Shown here: positions 1-14,807 of the stretch, in pieces
How the letters are laid out: the number at the start of each line of letters is the position of its first letter
Numbering within the stretch: position 1 is the first letter of the stretch
Source of the DNA: Eledone cirrhosa
Taxonomy: Eukaryota
Reading direction: 5' to 3'
Assembly: GCA_964016885.1 (NCBI GenBank)
Contig: OZ024740.1
Span: 407,712,001 to 407,776,000, forward strand
DNA: 64,000 bases
Made by a program: the position numbers and the translations under genes
Notes under the pieces: generated by a model
What the model was told of the DNA's origin: nothing
Databases searched by the model: none
Seen by the model: only the letters and a program-made list of their open reading frames with translations

Positions 1-240
1 TCATCCTTCATACGCATCACATGTCCATACCAGCGTAACCGCCTCTCCTGCACGCAGCATTTGATTCCTCTTATGCTCAGTCTCTCTCTCAATTCCTTTA
101 TGCTTTGTCGTTCACGTATATTACTGTTACACATCCATCGGAGCATGCAGGCTTCATTTCTCTCTAATCTACGTAAGTCTTCCACCTTCAGCGCCCAGGT
201 CTCACTACCATGCAACATCGCTGTTCGGATACACGCATCA
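1..240 (-). mobile_element. RTE LINE family B fragment (C-terminal coding region), continues past window start
   Basis: Minus strand reads [37 protein letters not shown]...[11 protein letters not shown]; near-identical to 52830-53070 and 54130-54370. Confidence 0.9.
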
Positions 241-548
241 TATATATGCATGTATGTGTGTGGGTATATATGCTTTGGTACTCAATACCATAGTAGAGAT
301 GATTATTGTCTTTACTAAGACCAAATTTGAGTTATATTACTCTGGAGTTTCTCTTGTGTACTGACAGGCTCATCAGACAATCTCTCTCCATACATATAAA
401 CAAACATGCAACATAGATATAAAACAAATAGTAAATACACTGCTAGTAATCTTACCAGTCACATAATGACACCCCTACAGAAACTCTGTAGACAACACCA
501 AAGTTATGCTATGAGAAATTTAATGAAGAGCATATATGTTCTTTTAAG

Positions 549-791
549 ATGATGATGATGATGATGATAGTAATAATGGTTTCTGATTTAGGAACATGGC
601 CAACAATTTTGGGGGGAGGGGAAAGTCGATTAAATCAACCCCAGTACATTACTGGTGCTTTATTTTATCGACCCTGTAAGGATGAAAGGCAAAGCAGACC
701 TTGGCGGGATTTGAACTCAGAACACAAAGGGACGTAACTATGCTAGAAAGAATGGTGTCCGACCCTCTACTGATACTGCCAATCCACCGCC
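549..791 (-). mobile_element. tRNA-derived SINE, family 1
   Basis: Reverse complement GGCGGTGGATTGGCAGTATC (A-box-like)...GAGTTCAAATCCC (B-box)...CTTTGCCTTTCATCCTTACAGGGTCGATAAAATAAAG; homologous to 4445, 5437, 5636 and 39028 copies. Confidence 0.85.
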
Positions 792-826
792 CTGCTGACA
801 ATAGCAATAATGATACTCATGCTGCC

Positions 827-3800
827 GGACGAGAATGCAAGGAGTCCTCTTCTTTATTTCGGCCGCCGATGGCTAATATAACCCCCCCCCCCCCCCCCCC
901 CCCCTGCGCCCCACCGTTCCCACCCTCCAAACGCAATCCAAAACTTCAGAGTTGGTACCATGAATGTAGGCACCTTAAAAGGTCGCTCTAATGAGGGTTG
1001 TAGAAATGCTTGAACGTAAGGAGGTCGATGTTTGCTGTATTCAAGAGACCAGGTGGAGGGGTCGATCTGCTAGATTCATGGTGGGTAAAGAACGATGCTA
1101 TAAGCTTTTCTGGGTGGGAAATGACAATGGGCTGGGTGGAGTAGGAATCATGGTAGCAGAAAAGTGGGCAGATAAGATAATAGACATAAATAGAGTGAAC
1201 GACAGAATAATTAAAATAAGACTTGTCCTCAATAGAACTACAGTGACAGTAATATCTGCGTACGCACCCCAATCCGGTCTGCCTGGAGTTATAAAAGACA
1301 GATTCTATGAGTCGTTAATGCTCACTACCTCCCAAATAACCGACAGTGACTACATAATTATCACTGGCGACCTAAATGGTCACGTTGGACAACATTGTGA
1401 CGGCTATGATGGAATCCATGGAGGCTATGGGTTTGGTACTAGAAATGAGGAAGGCTCCAGAATCCTGGAATTCTGTGACACAAATAACCTAACTATCTGT
1501 AACACTAACTTCAAAAAACGAGACAATCACTTGATTACCTATAGATCGGGGGAACACACAAGCCAGGTAGATTATATCCTTACCAGGAGACGTGACAGAG
1601 TGTCTGTTGTAAACACTAAATCCCTCCCCCATGAAGAATGCACCTCTCAACATAGACTCATAATTAGCGACCTCATAGTCAGGACGAGACGTACTCGACA
1701 ACAGAAGAGGACTATCCTCAGGAGAAAAATATGGAAGCTAAAGGACCCCCACAGACAGTAATAAATTTAAAAGCATATTACTTGATGCTTTTGATAGTAA
1801 GGAAAAGCAATTAGAGTCGTACAATATAGAGAAACAGTGGGAATTCCTGAAAGCTAACCTGCTGAAGGCGACAGATGAAATCTGTGGCTGGAGCAGGCCT
1901 ATATGCAGGAGGAGAGTAACTTGGTGGTGGAACAGTAAGGTGGAGGATTCAATCAAGGCCAAAAAGCAGGCTTGGAAAGCATGGCGGGATGGGGGAAGTA
2001 GAGAAGACTATCAAGTGGCCAGGAGGGAAGCTAGGAGACAAGTGTACTTTGCAAGAAGGGAAGCAGAGGAAAGAAAGTTCAAGCATGTTCTACAACGCGA
2101 GGACCAAAAACGTGAGGTGTTCAGGATTGCTAGGCAATGTGTCAAGGAAAACCGTGATATTGTCGGGGAGGAGTGTGTACTTAATGATGATGGTGTACTT
2201 GCCATCACTGATGCTGATAAGAAGGTAGCTTGGACGTGTCACTACATAAGGCTACTAAATGAGGAGAATAATTGGGAGAAAGACAGTCTCCCCCACATCA
2301 ATCCAGTAGAGGGACCAGCAGCGCGAGTTGAAGGTAGTATAATAAGTAAGGCGATCAAATTAATGAAAACAGGCACGGCGGCTGGGTTTTCGGAAATAGT
2401 TGCTGAAATGCTGAAAGCATCTGGAACAGTGGGACACACTATGATCACACGGATAGTAAACCAAGTCATACAGAATGGGTTCGTTCCGAAGGACTAGCGT
2501 AGCAGCATCATCATTAACTGCTACAAGGGTAAAGGAGATGCCCTAGATAGGAGAAACTATAGAGGCATTAAATTAATTGACCAGGTCATGAAGGTCACAG
2601 AAAAAGTAATAGCGCAACTAATCAGAGAGTAAATTGATCTAGATGAAATGCAGTTCGGGTTTGTGTCAGGTAAAAGTACCACAGACGCTCTTTTCATTGT
2701 ACGACAACTACAGAAGTACCTAGCCAAAAGTAAACCCCTATACTTAGCTTTTGTTGACTTGGAGAAAGCCTTTGACAGAGTCCCCCTCTCCATTATCTGG
2801 TGGGCTCTCAGAAAACTAGGTGTCGATGAATGGCTTGTGAGAGCTATACAAGCCATGTATAAAGAAACTGTCAGCAAGGTTAGAATTAACAACGAATATA
2901 GTGAAGAGTTTAGCGTAAAAGTTGGTGTTCATCAGGGCTCCGTCCTTAGCCCCCTACTATTTATTATTGCCCTTCAGGCTATAACAGAGGAGTTCAAGAC
3001 CGGGAACTCCTATACGCAGATCATCTAATGCTCCTAGCTGAATAAATGGCTGAATTAGAGAATAAATTCCAAACATGGAAGCATGGCCTAGAATCAAAAG
3101 GCCTTAAAATTAACCTGTCTAAGACTAAAGTTCTAGTTTGTAGGAAGGAAAATAGGGCACTGGTCCCATCTGGGAAATGGCCATGCTCAGTGTGTAGGAA
3201 AGGAGTAGGCAGAAACTCCATTTTATGTCCCAAATGCAAAGTATGGGTGCATAAAAGATGTAGTGGGATCACAGGTAAGCTAACTAAGAATATAGATTTT
3301 ACATGTGGCCGGTGCTCTGGTGCAATAAGTAGCAGCAAGTGCCCACAGAATACTAGCACATTCCATTGCACAGATGGTTCTATAGAAATAGTGGACACCT
3401 TCCGTTACCAGGGTGACAAAATCAGCAGTGGTGGAGGGTGCTCTGAAAGTACAGTAACTAGAGTCAGAATGGGATGGAAAGACGACAGCTGTATAAAAAA
3501 GTGCAGGGCGATAAAAATAGATGGTAGCCACGGAGTAGGCAGACCCAGAAAAACCTGGGACGACTTGATAAATTCCGACCTCACACACTTACACCTCTCC
3601 AAGACAATGTCACTGGACCGAGATCTTTGACGCTACACATTAATACAGAAGACCTTCCTTGCCTAAGTGCAAAGCGAAACCTACAATCAGTAGGCACCTC
3701 TAAACAAAAATACACCCCCGTCGCACTACCCCCACCCCATCCACACCACACCTTTCGATGTAAAGTTATGTTGGTACCACAACATCCAGTCCGAAACAAA

Positions 3801-4050
3801 TGAGGTCGTGTAGGTGTCACGACAATAAAACAGACATTCCACGCTGTAAAGTGGCCATGTAGGTAACACGGTAAAAACCTCCCAGTCCACACTGTAAATG
3901 TGGTTGATGTCAGGAAGGGCATCCAGCCGTAGAAAACCAGCCAGACAGTCCTATACGAGCAAGACAACCAATCTTGCCTCAAGTGGGAAAATTCCCATCC
4001 AAACCCATGCATGTGTGGAAGATGGACGTTAAACGATGATGATGATGATA
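827..4050 (+). mobile_element. RTE LINE family A, near full length, inactivated by frameshifts, stops and an internal deletion
   Basis: APE domain (CIQETRW, GDLNGH, SQVDYIL) 991-1761, RT motifs [11 protein letters not shown] and [16 protein letters not shown]-like finger, 3' UTR ending in (GAT)n near 4035-4050; colinear with intact copy 41396-45009. Confidence 0.95.
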
Positions 4051-4444
4051 CCATAAGTGGTGACCTAATAGAGTGAATAGCAGTTTTAATTAATAATGAT
4101 ATATATTTTATGGATAAAGTAGTTCAATCCAGACTAAAAGATATATCAATAAATGTCAAACTACTAGATGACACCAGATGTCACCAGATGACACCAGAGA
4201 AAACCATTTGTTTCTATTCCTACAGTAGAAAATAATACAGAAAAACAGTGAAGATATTGATTAAAAAACATGCAAAATAAATTAAAACAAGATTATGAGT
4301 AATCTTAAAATAGATGTTAGGGTTTTGCCAGTCCCTAGGATCCATTGTGTGCTATTTTTACTTGCTTCTGATACCAAGGCCTTTTATTATGATGTGTAGT
4401 GGTTCTGCTAGTTTAAAGAGAGTTCATTATTTGTTCATTTTTTA

Positions 4445-4628
4445 GGTGGTGGATTGGCAGTATCGGTAGAGGGTCTGACGCCATTTTGCAGCAAAGAGTT
4501 ACGGCCCTTTATAGTCTGAGTTCAAATCCCGCTGAGGTTAACTTTGCCTTTCATCCTTACGGGGTCGATAAAATAAAGTACCAGTAATACACTGGAATAA
4601 TTGCTGGCTTTGTGCCAAAAGTAGAAAA
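4445..4628 (+). mobile_element. tRNA-derived SINE family 1 with ~20-bp target-site duplication
   Basis: A/B box head; flanked on both sides by ATTATTTGTTCATTTTTTAG. Confidence 0.9.
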
Positions 4629-4685
4629 TTATTTGTTCATTTTTTAGTTGTAATGTCAATATTTTAATAATACGCAATATTTAGT

Positions 4686-4835
4686 TATGGCCTTTTACAT
4701 TCAAATCCCACTGAGGTCAACTTTGCCTTTCATCCTTCAAGGGTCAATAAAATAAAGTAGCATAAAATACCGAGATTAGATTAATCGATTCTACTCTCTC
4801 TACAAATGTGTGATCTTGTGCGGTCAGAAATCAAT
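4686..4835 (+). mobile_element. Degraded, 5'-truncated SINE family 1
   Basis: TTCAAATCCCACTGAGGTCAACTTTGCCTTTCATCCTTCAAGGGTCAATAAAATAAAG. Confidence 0.7.
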
Positions 4836-5436
4836 ACTATTAACTTTAAGTTTCCAGCAATTTAATTTTCTTGAGTGTTTGCTCACTTGTGACTGGAGAA
4901 TTCATGTTATGCACTTTGGGTTGGGTTGTTTTAAATTAGTTTATTCCTTCTTTTCTTTGATTTAATCATGTTTTTTTTTAAATACAAATTCCAAACAAAT
5001 TTTGAAGAAAAAATATCAAAATTCAAAAAAGATTTTCTGCATATTAAACATGCATCATCATCATCCTTGTTTAACATCCAATGCCCATTTTCATTACAAG
5101 GAAAGGCTGGGGGGGGGGGGGGGGGGGGGGGGGGGTCATCATCATCATCATCATCATCATAGGGCTGGGGGTGTTGTCAGGAACTAGTCAGTACTCAAGC
5201 AAAGACACTGACCTACTACTTCATATATTTCTGTAATCTACTGCTTGCTCTGACAGGTCGAGGGCCCAACATGATCCCACACTCTACAGAGATTGCATGT
5301 TGAGCAAAAGCAAAAAGTCAATTGCTGACATCCAATCCATATACTCTAATATTAATTTTTTTATTATTTTCACCTCTACAAAATAATTTGTTAGATAATA
5401 CATTCATAATTTGATTTCATGGTATTATTTTTAATT

Positions 5437-5612
5437 GCGGTGGATTGGCAGTATCGGTAGATGGTCGGACGCCATGCTTTGCAGCAAAGAGTTACGGCCC
5501 TTTATGGTCTGAGTTCAAATCCCGCCGAGGTTAACTTTGCCTTTCATCCTCACGGGGTCGATAAATTAAAGTACCAGTAATGTACTGGGATAATTGCTGG
5601 CCTTGTGCCAAA
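5437..5612 (+). mobile_element. SINE family 1, first of a tandem pair
   Basis: Full head and body; preceded and followed by ATTATTTTTAATTGC. Confidence 0.9.
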
Positions 5613-5635
5613 AGTAGAAATAATTATTTTTAATT

Positions 5636-5820
5636 GCGGTGGATTGGCAGTATCGGTAGAGGGTCGGAGGCTATGCTTTGACGTATAGAGTTACGGCCCT
5701 TGCCATTCTGAGTTCAAATCCCGCCGAGGTTAACTTTGCCTTTCATCCTTACGGGGTCGATAAAATAAAGTACCAGTAATGCTCTGGGTAATTTCTGCCC
5801 TTGTGCCAAACGTAGAAATA
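5636..5820 (+). mobile_element. SINE family 1, second of a tandem pair
   Basis: Full head and body; followed by ATTATTTTAAATTGC. Confidence 0.9.
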
Positions 5821-6571
5821 ATTATTTTAAATTGCAAACATGAAATCAGGTGAAGCATCTTGCTATGTAGGACATTATTGTATATAACATATATTTATAA
5901 ATGGAGTTTAATATGTCCTGTCTTGTTAGTAACTAACTAATTATCTTGTCGATATAACAACATCACAGTTAAAAATTAAAAATAAAAATAAAACAGCAGA
6001 AAAATAGATTTAACTATCTAATTTAAGATAGTGGGATAGGCATGATGTACTCAGATATTATTTTGCATTTATAATTAGCTCGTATAATATTCCGTTAAAT
6101 GTTATAATATTGATAACTTACAAATGTCTTTCTTACAAGAAATGAACATTTAATTTCCAGAATATTTTCTACAAATTGTAATACATTGAAACTAATTCCA
6201 TAGTTCATTTCTGAGAGAAAGACAATATAAAAAGACAATATCTATTCTAATATATATAGTTTATTTATTAGTTTTTAACAACTAAGTTTAATTTATAATA
6301 CATTAAGAAATAATTAACTGAAACTAAATAGAAAATTGGAAAATGATACCATCAGAAAAACATTATGCAAAGATAAAAGTGTATCAGAACATTTTAAAGT
6401 ATCACCATGTCGTCTGCAAACTCCAGCCGACTAGTTTTACACCTGCAAGGTGTGATACCACTTCTAACTTGGCTGCTCATGAAAATAATGAACAGAAGTG
6501 ACAGTATGCATATTTGGCAGAGTCCAACATTGAATGGTTTCAGTTTCTGAACACAAATACTTAGAAATTCG

Positions 6572-7417
6572 TATAGACATCAGGGTAGCAAGAAGTTGAC
6601 TATTGAACCCATACTCCTGCAGAATCTTCCATAGCAGATCCAGAGGAATGCAGTCATATGTTTTTTCGAGGTTTGCAAAACAAGAACATACCTTTTGGCA
6701 ATACTACAATTTCTTGAAGACCTGCCACAGAAGCCTGTGCAATGCACTCTACACATGAATAGAGTTTGACTAAAGCAGGTGGAGAAGTTCAAGTATCTCA
6801 GGGCTGTGTTCAAGCGTGATGAAAGGCAGGAGGCTGAATTGAGTGCAAGAATTGCAGGAGCTGGTGCAGTAATGCACCAGCTTCAGCATTCAGTAATCAG
6901 AAGAAGGGGGGTAAGTGTAAAAGCCAAACTCGCTATCTTAAATTCAGTATTCATGCCAACCTTTACTTATGATCATGAATGAAAGAATATGTTCGCGAAT
7001 ACAAGCGGCTGAAATGGGGTTGCTCTGAAGGATCGTTGGAGTAAGGTTACTCGATAGAGTGTGTAGCTTGGAGATCAGAGAGTCACTAGAGGTAGAGCTG
7101 TTACTTCTCCAAATTGAGAGACCACAGCTCCAATTTTATGGACATGTGGTTAGAATGTCTCAGGAAAGAATTGCAGGACAGATTTTATGGGCAAAAGCAA
7201 CCGGCAGCAGACACAGAGGTAGACTCCGAGTGAGATGTTTGGATAACACCCATGATCTCAACTGGTCTCGTTTGAGGATTAGCTGGAGACGGTTGCTTCT
7301 GACAGGACAGAGAGTTTGAGGACTCCCTCAGGAAGGAGTAGGAAGAGCAGAAGAAAAAAGGAAAATAAGAAAAAGAAGAAAAAGAAGACGAAGAAAAAGA
7401 AGAAAACGAAGAAAAAT
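6572..7417. mobile_element. Old RTE-group LINE remnant with 5' inversion
   Basis: Minus 6575-6730 encodes FANLEKTYDCIPLDLLWKILQEYG (RT motif); plus 6775-7310 encodes EKFKYL...PTFTYDHE...FYGHVVRM; (GAA)-rich tail near 7345-7415. Confidence 0.8.
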
Positions 7418-8149
7418 ATTTCTATATTTGTCTTGCTTTTATCATTTCAGCTATTCATGTGCTTCCTAAATTTGCTAAGTCACAGCTCAACTAAAATTAT
7501 TTATTATATTTTGTGATATAATCTTATGAAATTATAGTAAGCAGGATACAATATGATTTGTTTACTAAATGACACAAAACAAAACCAAACATTATTGAAT
7601 TGATAATTTGTCCCAAACTAGAATGAAGTGTAACATATTCAAAACTGAAAACCTTACAGGGTGTACTGGGTACATTTTTGTGGCACCAACAGTAGATAGG
7701 TTGTTAGTTATTGTCTCAACTTAAGATCCCTCCATACTCTGAGAGAGAGGGGGAGAGGGGGAAGGAAGATAAATATATTAAGCATGTATCGCCAATGGCA
7801 TTAGAAGGGGTAGTCACAGGTGTGTCAGGATTTTTAAAGGGGTGGGTGGGTGATGGGGAGAATAGCTAAGAGGTGGTAGTGGTGGGGGCATGGATGGGGT
7901 GGTTGATAGTGTAGAAAGCAAGCATAGTTAAGGTGTAGTAGAGGAGGCTACACAGGGATGGAGAGAGTAGGTACTGAAGAATTTTGAGGAGGTTGTAGAG
8001 ATGGTGAGAATAACTATTAAGGAGTGGCTACTGAGGTATGCTAGTGTAGGTGGGGAGACTTGAGGCTGACCTAATAACATTTTATGCTGGTTGGTGGTTC
8101 TCCTCCAATACAGTATGTTACCAATTCTCACAGTCCTTTGTCATCTCTG

Positions 8150-9425
8150 TTGTAAGGTTCAGCTTCTCACTACCTCATCCCAAGCCTTCTTGAGTCTACC
8201 TCTTTCACTGGTCCCAACCACTGAGATTTCTCTGTATTTTTTTATACAGCTGTCATCTTTCATGCACATTACATGTCCATATCTATAACGTCTTCTCTCT
8301 TGCAAACCGCATCCAATTTCTCTTAAGAAAAGTTTTTCTCTCAGCTCACTTATGCTACGTCAACTAATGTTAAACATCCATCAGCTATCTTCCCTACTTT
8401 CATATCCTTAATTGCTTTATCTATAACACTGCTGTCAACTTTTATGGTTGGTCCCTCAGTTGGGCCTATAAGGGGTAGGTTGTCGATGTCTAATTTATTC
8501 TCTTCATTCTGCAGTGTCTCGTAGTAAGTTTTCTATCCCTCTTTCTTTTTGGCATTGGATAGGGTGAGTACTACACTATCATTTCAAACCCACCTTTCCC
8601 CAACCACATTATGATTTTCATTCACACATTGCTTTGTAATTTAGGACACTTCATGCCTCTGATCTTCATCTCATAGGACATGTGCAAACTTCTTTCCTGC
8701 CTCACCTCTTGCTAGGTATACCTGGTGCCTAGCCTCTCTTCTAACTATCTGGTATTGCTCTCTGTTCCCCCTTTCCTCCAGTCTCACCAAGCTTGTCTTT
8801 TTGTTTTTATTACTTTATCTTCTGTCATGTCAAATTTCATCTTGCTGGTGTCTAGCTCCAACTGCAGACTTGGTTTGTGGTTTCAAGCAGGTTGTCCAAC
8901 AGAAATTTACAACTTTTCATTTTCTCATCCTTACTGCCATAAGCATCAAGTAGGATTTCTCTGAACTTGTTGGCTGCTAAGGGTACTCTCAGTTTTTATG
9001 ATTTCCCTATCCAGACTGGCTTTTGTCTCTTAGTCAATCTAGCCCATACTCTAAAGTTGATACATCTCTCCATCTTACTTGTTGCACACATCTACTTGTC
9101 TTTGCTCTAGCATCTCCACAATCTCAATACACTTACCTTTCATTGTTCTGACATTAATAGTATCAATTCTGAAGTTCTGCTTATGATGAGAAGGGCATTA
9201 CATGGGTGTCTTGTTCTTTTTCTGAGCCTGAGGTATAGAGGGACTGTGAAACCTTTTGATGATATTCAAGGGATTTGTATGCATGTTGGGTTCTTTCATG
9301 TACTATATTGTATTGTCACTCAAATGGTTGTAGTCACTGCCAGCATCAGCTGGGCTATCACTAATAATTAGGTCTATTGTAACCTAGCAATATAAACCAC
9401 TCTTCATTTCTGGTGTCGCCAGTGT
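8150..9425 (-). mobile_element. Highly degraded RTE LINE remnant
   Basis: Minus strand patches translate to TRNEE (near 9410), FLLDNLLETTNQVCSWS (near 8880) and [14 protein letters not shown] (near 8260), homologous to the family A protein. Confidence 0.7.
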
Positions 9426-9740
9426 AGCACTATAGTGTGCAGGGAAATATGCAGACACACACACATATATAAACATACACAAGAACACATAGCCTTTAAT
9501 ATAGTGTAGGGAGGGGGCATGTATACACACATAAGTAACACTTACACCCACATATATAAAGGGAAAGCCTCATAAAGTTGTCTGTACAAGGTGCGTTGAT
9601 AGGTGCGAAAGGGTGGTAAAATTGCTTCTTGGAGTTTACTTGCCTTTTGTCCATTCAGTATTAGGAAAAGGAAGTGTATATATATATATATATACTATCA
9701 ACACTATAAACACAGAGCTGGTATATCTAAGAATTGACTA

Positions 9741-9796
9741 ACTACCTGATGAGGTCATAGCCATTCAATGGCTATCATCGAAATATAAATAGCAGT
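9741..9796 (+). ncRNA. Type I hammerhead ribozyme (minimal), in probable Penelope-like terminal-repeat remnant ~9690-9842
   Basis: ACTAC-CTGATGA-stem II (ATAGCCA/TGGCTAT)-GAAA-TATAA-ATA-GCAGT; one stem I mismatch; homologous to 48795-48849. Confidence 0.7.
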
Positions 9797-9857
9797 AAAT
9801 AAAGGATTATGAGTTCATTCAATTGACTTATGTTTCGTCACTATATATATATATATA

Positions 9858-10150
9858 TCATCATCATCATTTCATCATCATTTCATTTTACGTACGCTTT
9901 CCCCTGCTTGCAAGGGTGGGGCGGGAACTGATTTTGGCTTGATTTCTACAGCTGGATGCCCTTCCTAACACCAACCTCATTTACGGTGAGTGCTGAGTGC
10001 TTTTTTGCCGTGGCACCTCCACGACCACTTTGCAGTGGAATGATATGGACCCTAGTCCCTATCATCTCATTTCTACAGGTGAGTAAACTGCAGCAATGTG
10101 AAATAAAGTGTCTTGCTCAAGGAAACAACACATCACCCGGTCTGAGAATA
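9858..10150 (-). mobile_element. SINE family 2 (tRNA head, CORE-like body, RTE-B tail), 5'-truncated
   Basis: CCTTGAGCAAGACACTTTATTTCACATTGC body, tail shared with RTE-B 3' UTR, (ATG)/(AATGA) end. Confidence 0.9.
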
Positions 10151-10152
10151 TA

Positions 10153-10230
<78 letters not shown>

Positions 10231-10231
<1 letters not shown>

Positions 10232-12765
10232 CATCATCATCATCATCATCATCAGGTTTAGCGTCCGTGTTCCACGCTTGCATGGGTTTGGACAGGGGTT
10301 TTCCCACTTGAGGCAAGAGTGGTTGTCTTGCTCGCATAGGACTGTCTGGCGGGTTTTCTACAGTTGGATGCCCTTCCTAACACCAACCACATTTACAGTG
10401 TGGGGCTGGGAGGTTTTTACCGTTTTGATAGAGATGCCTACTGACTGTAGTAGGTTTTTACTTTGTATTTAGGTAAGGCGGGTCTTCTCTATTACTGAGT
10501 ACCGCCAAAGGTCTCGGTCCAGTGACATTGTCTTGGAGAGGTGTAAGCGTGTGAGGTCGGAATTTATCAGCTCGTCCCATGTTTTTCTGGGTCTGCCTAC
10601 TCCGTGGCTACCGTCTATCTTTATTGCCCTGCACTTTGTTATACAGCTGTCGTCTTTCATGCGCATCACGTGACCGTACCAACGTAGCCTTCTCTCGAGT
10701 AAACAACATCTGATCCCTCTTATTTCTAATTTTTTCCTTAGTTCGTTTATGCTTTGCCGTTCACGTATATTACTATTGCACATCCAGCGGAGCATGTAAG
10801 CTTCGTTCCTCTCTAGTCTGCGTATATCCTCTGCACACAATGCCCAGGTCTCACTGCCATGCAGCATTGCTGTTCGTATGCAGGCATCGTATAACCTGCC
10901 TTTCATTTTTAGGGAGAACCCTCTAGCGGCTAATAGTAGTATAAGCTCTCTGAATTTTTTCCATCCAGTTCTGACTCTAGCTACTGTACTTTCAGAGCAC
11001 CCTCCCCCACTGCTGATTTTGTCACCCAGGTAACGGAAGCTGTCCACTATTTCTATAGAACCCTCTGCGCAGTTGAAGGAGCTAGTATTTTGTGGGCACT
11101 TGCTGCTACTTATTGCACCAGAGCACCGGCCACATGTAAAATCTATGTTCTTAGTTAGCTTACCTGTGATCCCACTACATCTTTTATGCACCCATACTTT
11201 GCATTTGGGACATAAAATGGAGTTTCTACCTACGCCTTTCCTACACACTGAGCATGGCCATTTCCCAGATGGGACTGCCGCCATATTTTCTTTCCTACAA
11301 ACTAGAACTTTTGTCTTAGCCAGGTTAATTTTAAGGCCTTTTGATTCTAGGCCGTGCTTCCATGTTTGGAATTTCTTCTCTAGTTCGGTCATTGATTCAG
11401 CTATGAGCGTTAGATCGTCTGCGTATAGGAGTTCCCATGGGCAGCCGGTCTTGAACTCCTCTGTTATAGCCTGAAGGGCAATAATAAATAGTAGTGGGCT
11501 AAGAACAGAGCCCTGATGGACACCAACTTTTACGCTAAACTCTTCACTATATTCGTTGTTAATTCTAACCTTACTGACTGTTTCTTTATACGTGGCTTGT
11601 ATAGCTCTCACAAGCCATTCGTCAATGCCTAGTTTTCTAAGAGCCCACCAGATAATGGAACGGGGGACTCTGTCGAAGGCTTTCTCCAAGTCGACGAAAG
11701 CTAAGTATAGGGGTTTACTTTTAGCTAGGTACTTCTTCTGTAGTTGTCGTACAATGAAAAGAGCGTCTGTGGTACTTTTGCCTGACACAAATCCGAACTG
11801 CATTTCATCTAGATCAATTCTCTCTCTGATTAGTTGCACTATTATTTTTCCGTGACCTTCATGACCTGGTCGATTAATTTAATGCCTCTATAGTTACTCC
11901 TATCTAGGGCATCTCCTTTTCCCTTATAGCAGTTAACGATGATGCTGCTACGCCAGTCCTTCGGAACAACCCCATTCTGTACGACTTGGTTAACTATCCG
12001 GGTGACCATAGTGTGTCCCACCGAACCAGATGCCTTCAGCATCTCAGCAACTATTTCCGAAGGACCAGCCGCCTTACCCGTCTTCATATCTTTGATTGCC
12101 TTGCTTATTGTACTACCCTGGACTAACACTGCTGGTCCCTCTATTGGGTCGATGTGGGGGAGACTGTCTTTGTCCCATTTGTTCTCCTCATTTAGAAGCC
12201 TTTCGTAGTGACACTTCCAAGCTACCTTCTTATCATCGTCGGTGATGGCAAGTATGCCATCATCGTTAAGCACACACTTCTCCCCGACAATATCATGGTT
12301 TTCCTTGACACATTGCCTGGCAATCCTGAACACCTCACGTTTTTGGTCCTCACGTTGTAGAACATGCTTGAACTTTCTTTCCTCTGCTTCCCTTCTTGCA
12401 AAGTACACTTGTCTCCTAGCTTCCCTCCTGGCTACCTGATAGTCTTCTCTACTTCCCCCATCCCGCCATGCTTTCCAAGCCTGCTTTTTGGCCTTAATTG
12501 ACTCCTCCACCTTACTGTTCCACCACCATGTTACTCTCCTCCTACCTACAGGCCTGCTCCAGCCACAAACTTCGTCTGCCGCCGTCAGCAGGTTTGCTCT
12601 CAGGAATTCCCACTGTTCCTATATATTATACGACTCTAATTGCTCTTCCTTACTGTCGAAAGCATCAAGCAATATGCTTTGAAATTTATTTCTGGCTATG
12701 GGGTCCTTTAGCTTCCATATTTTTCTCCTGAGGATAGTCCTCTTCCGCTGTCTAGTACGTCTCTG
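10231..12765 (-). mobile_element. RTE LINE family A, 5'-truncated, one frameshift near 11840, deletion in 3' UTR
   Basis: ORFs 11842-12510 and 10469-11839 (YADD, PHD-like finger); (CAT)n on plus strand at 10231-10253. Confidence 0.95.

Positions 12766-14807
<2,042 letters not shown>

Noticed and set aside
315-385. Minus-strand CTGATGAG...GAAACTCCAGAGTA hammerhead-like motif
   Set aside because: Core and stem III are present but stems I and II pair poorly; at most a decayed copy
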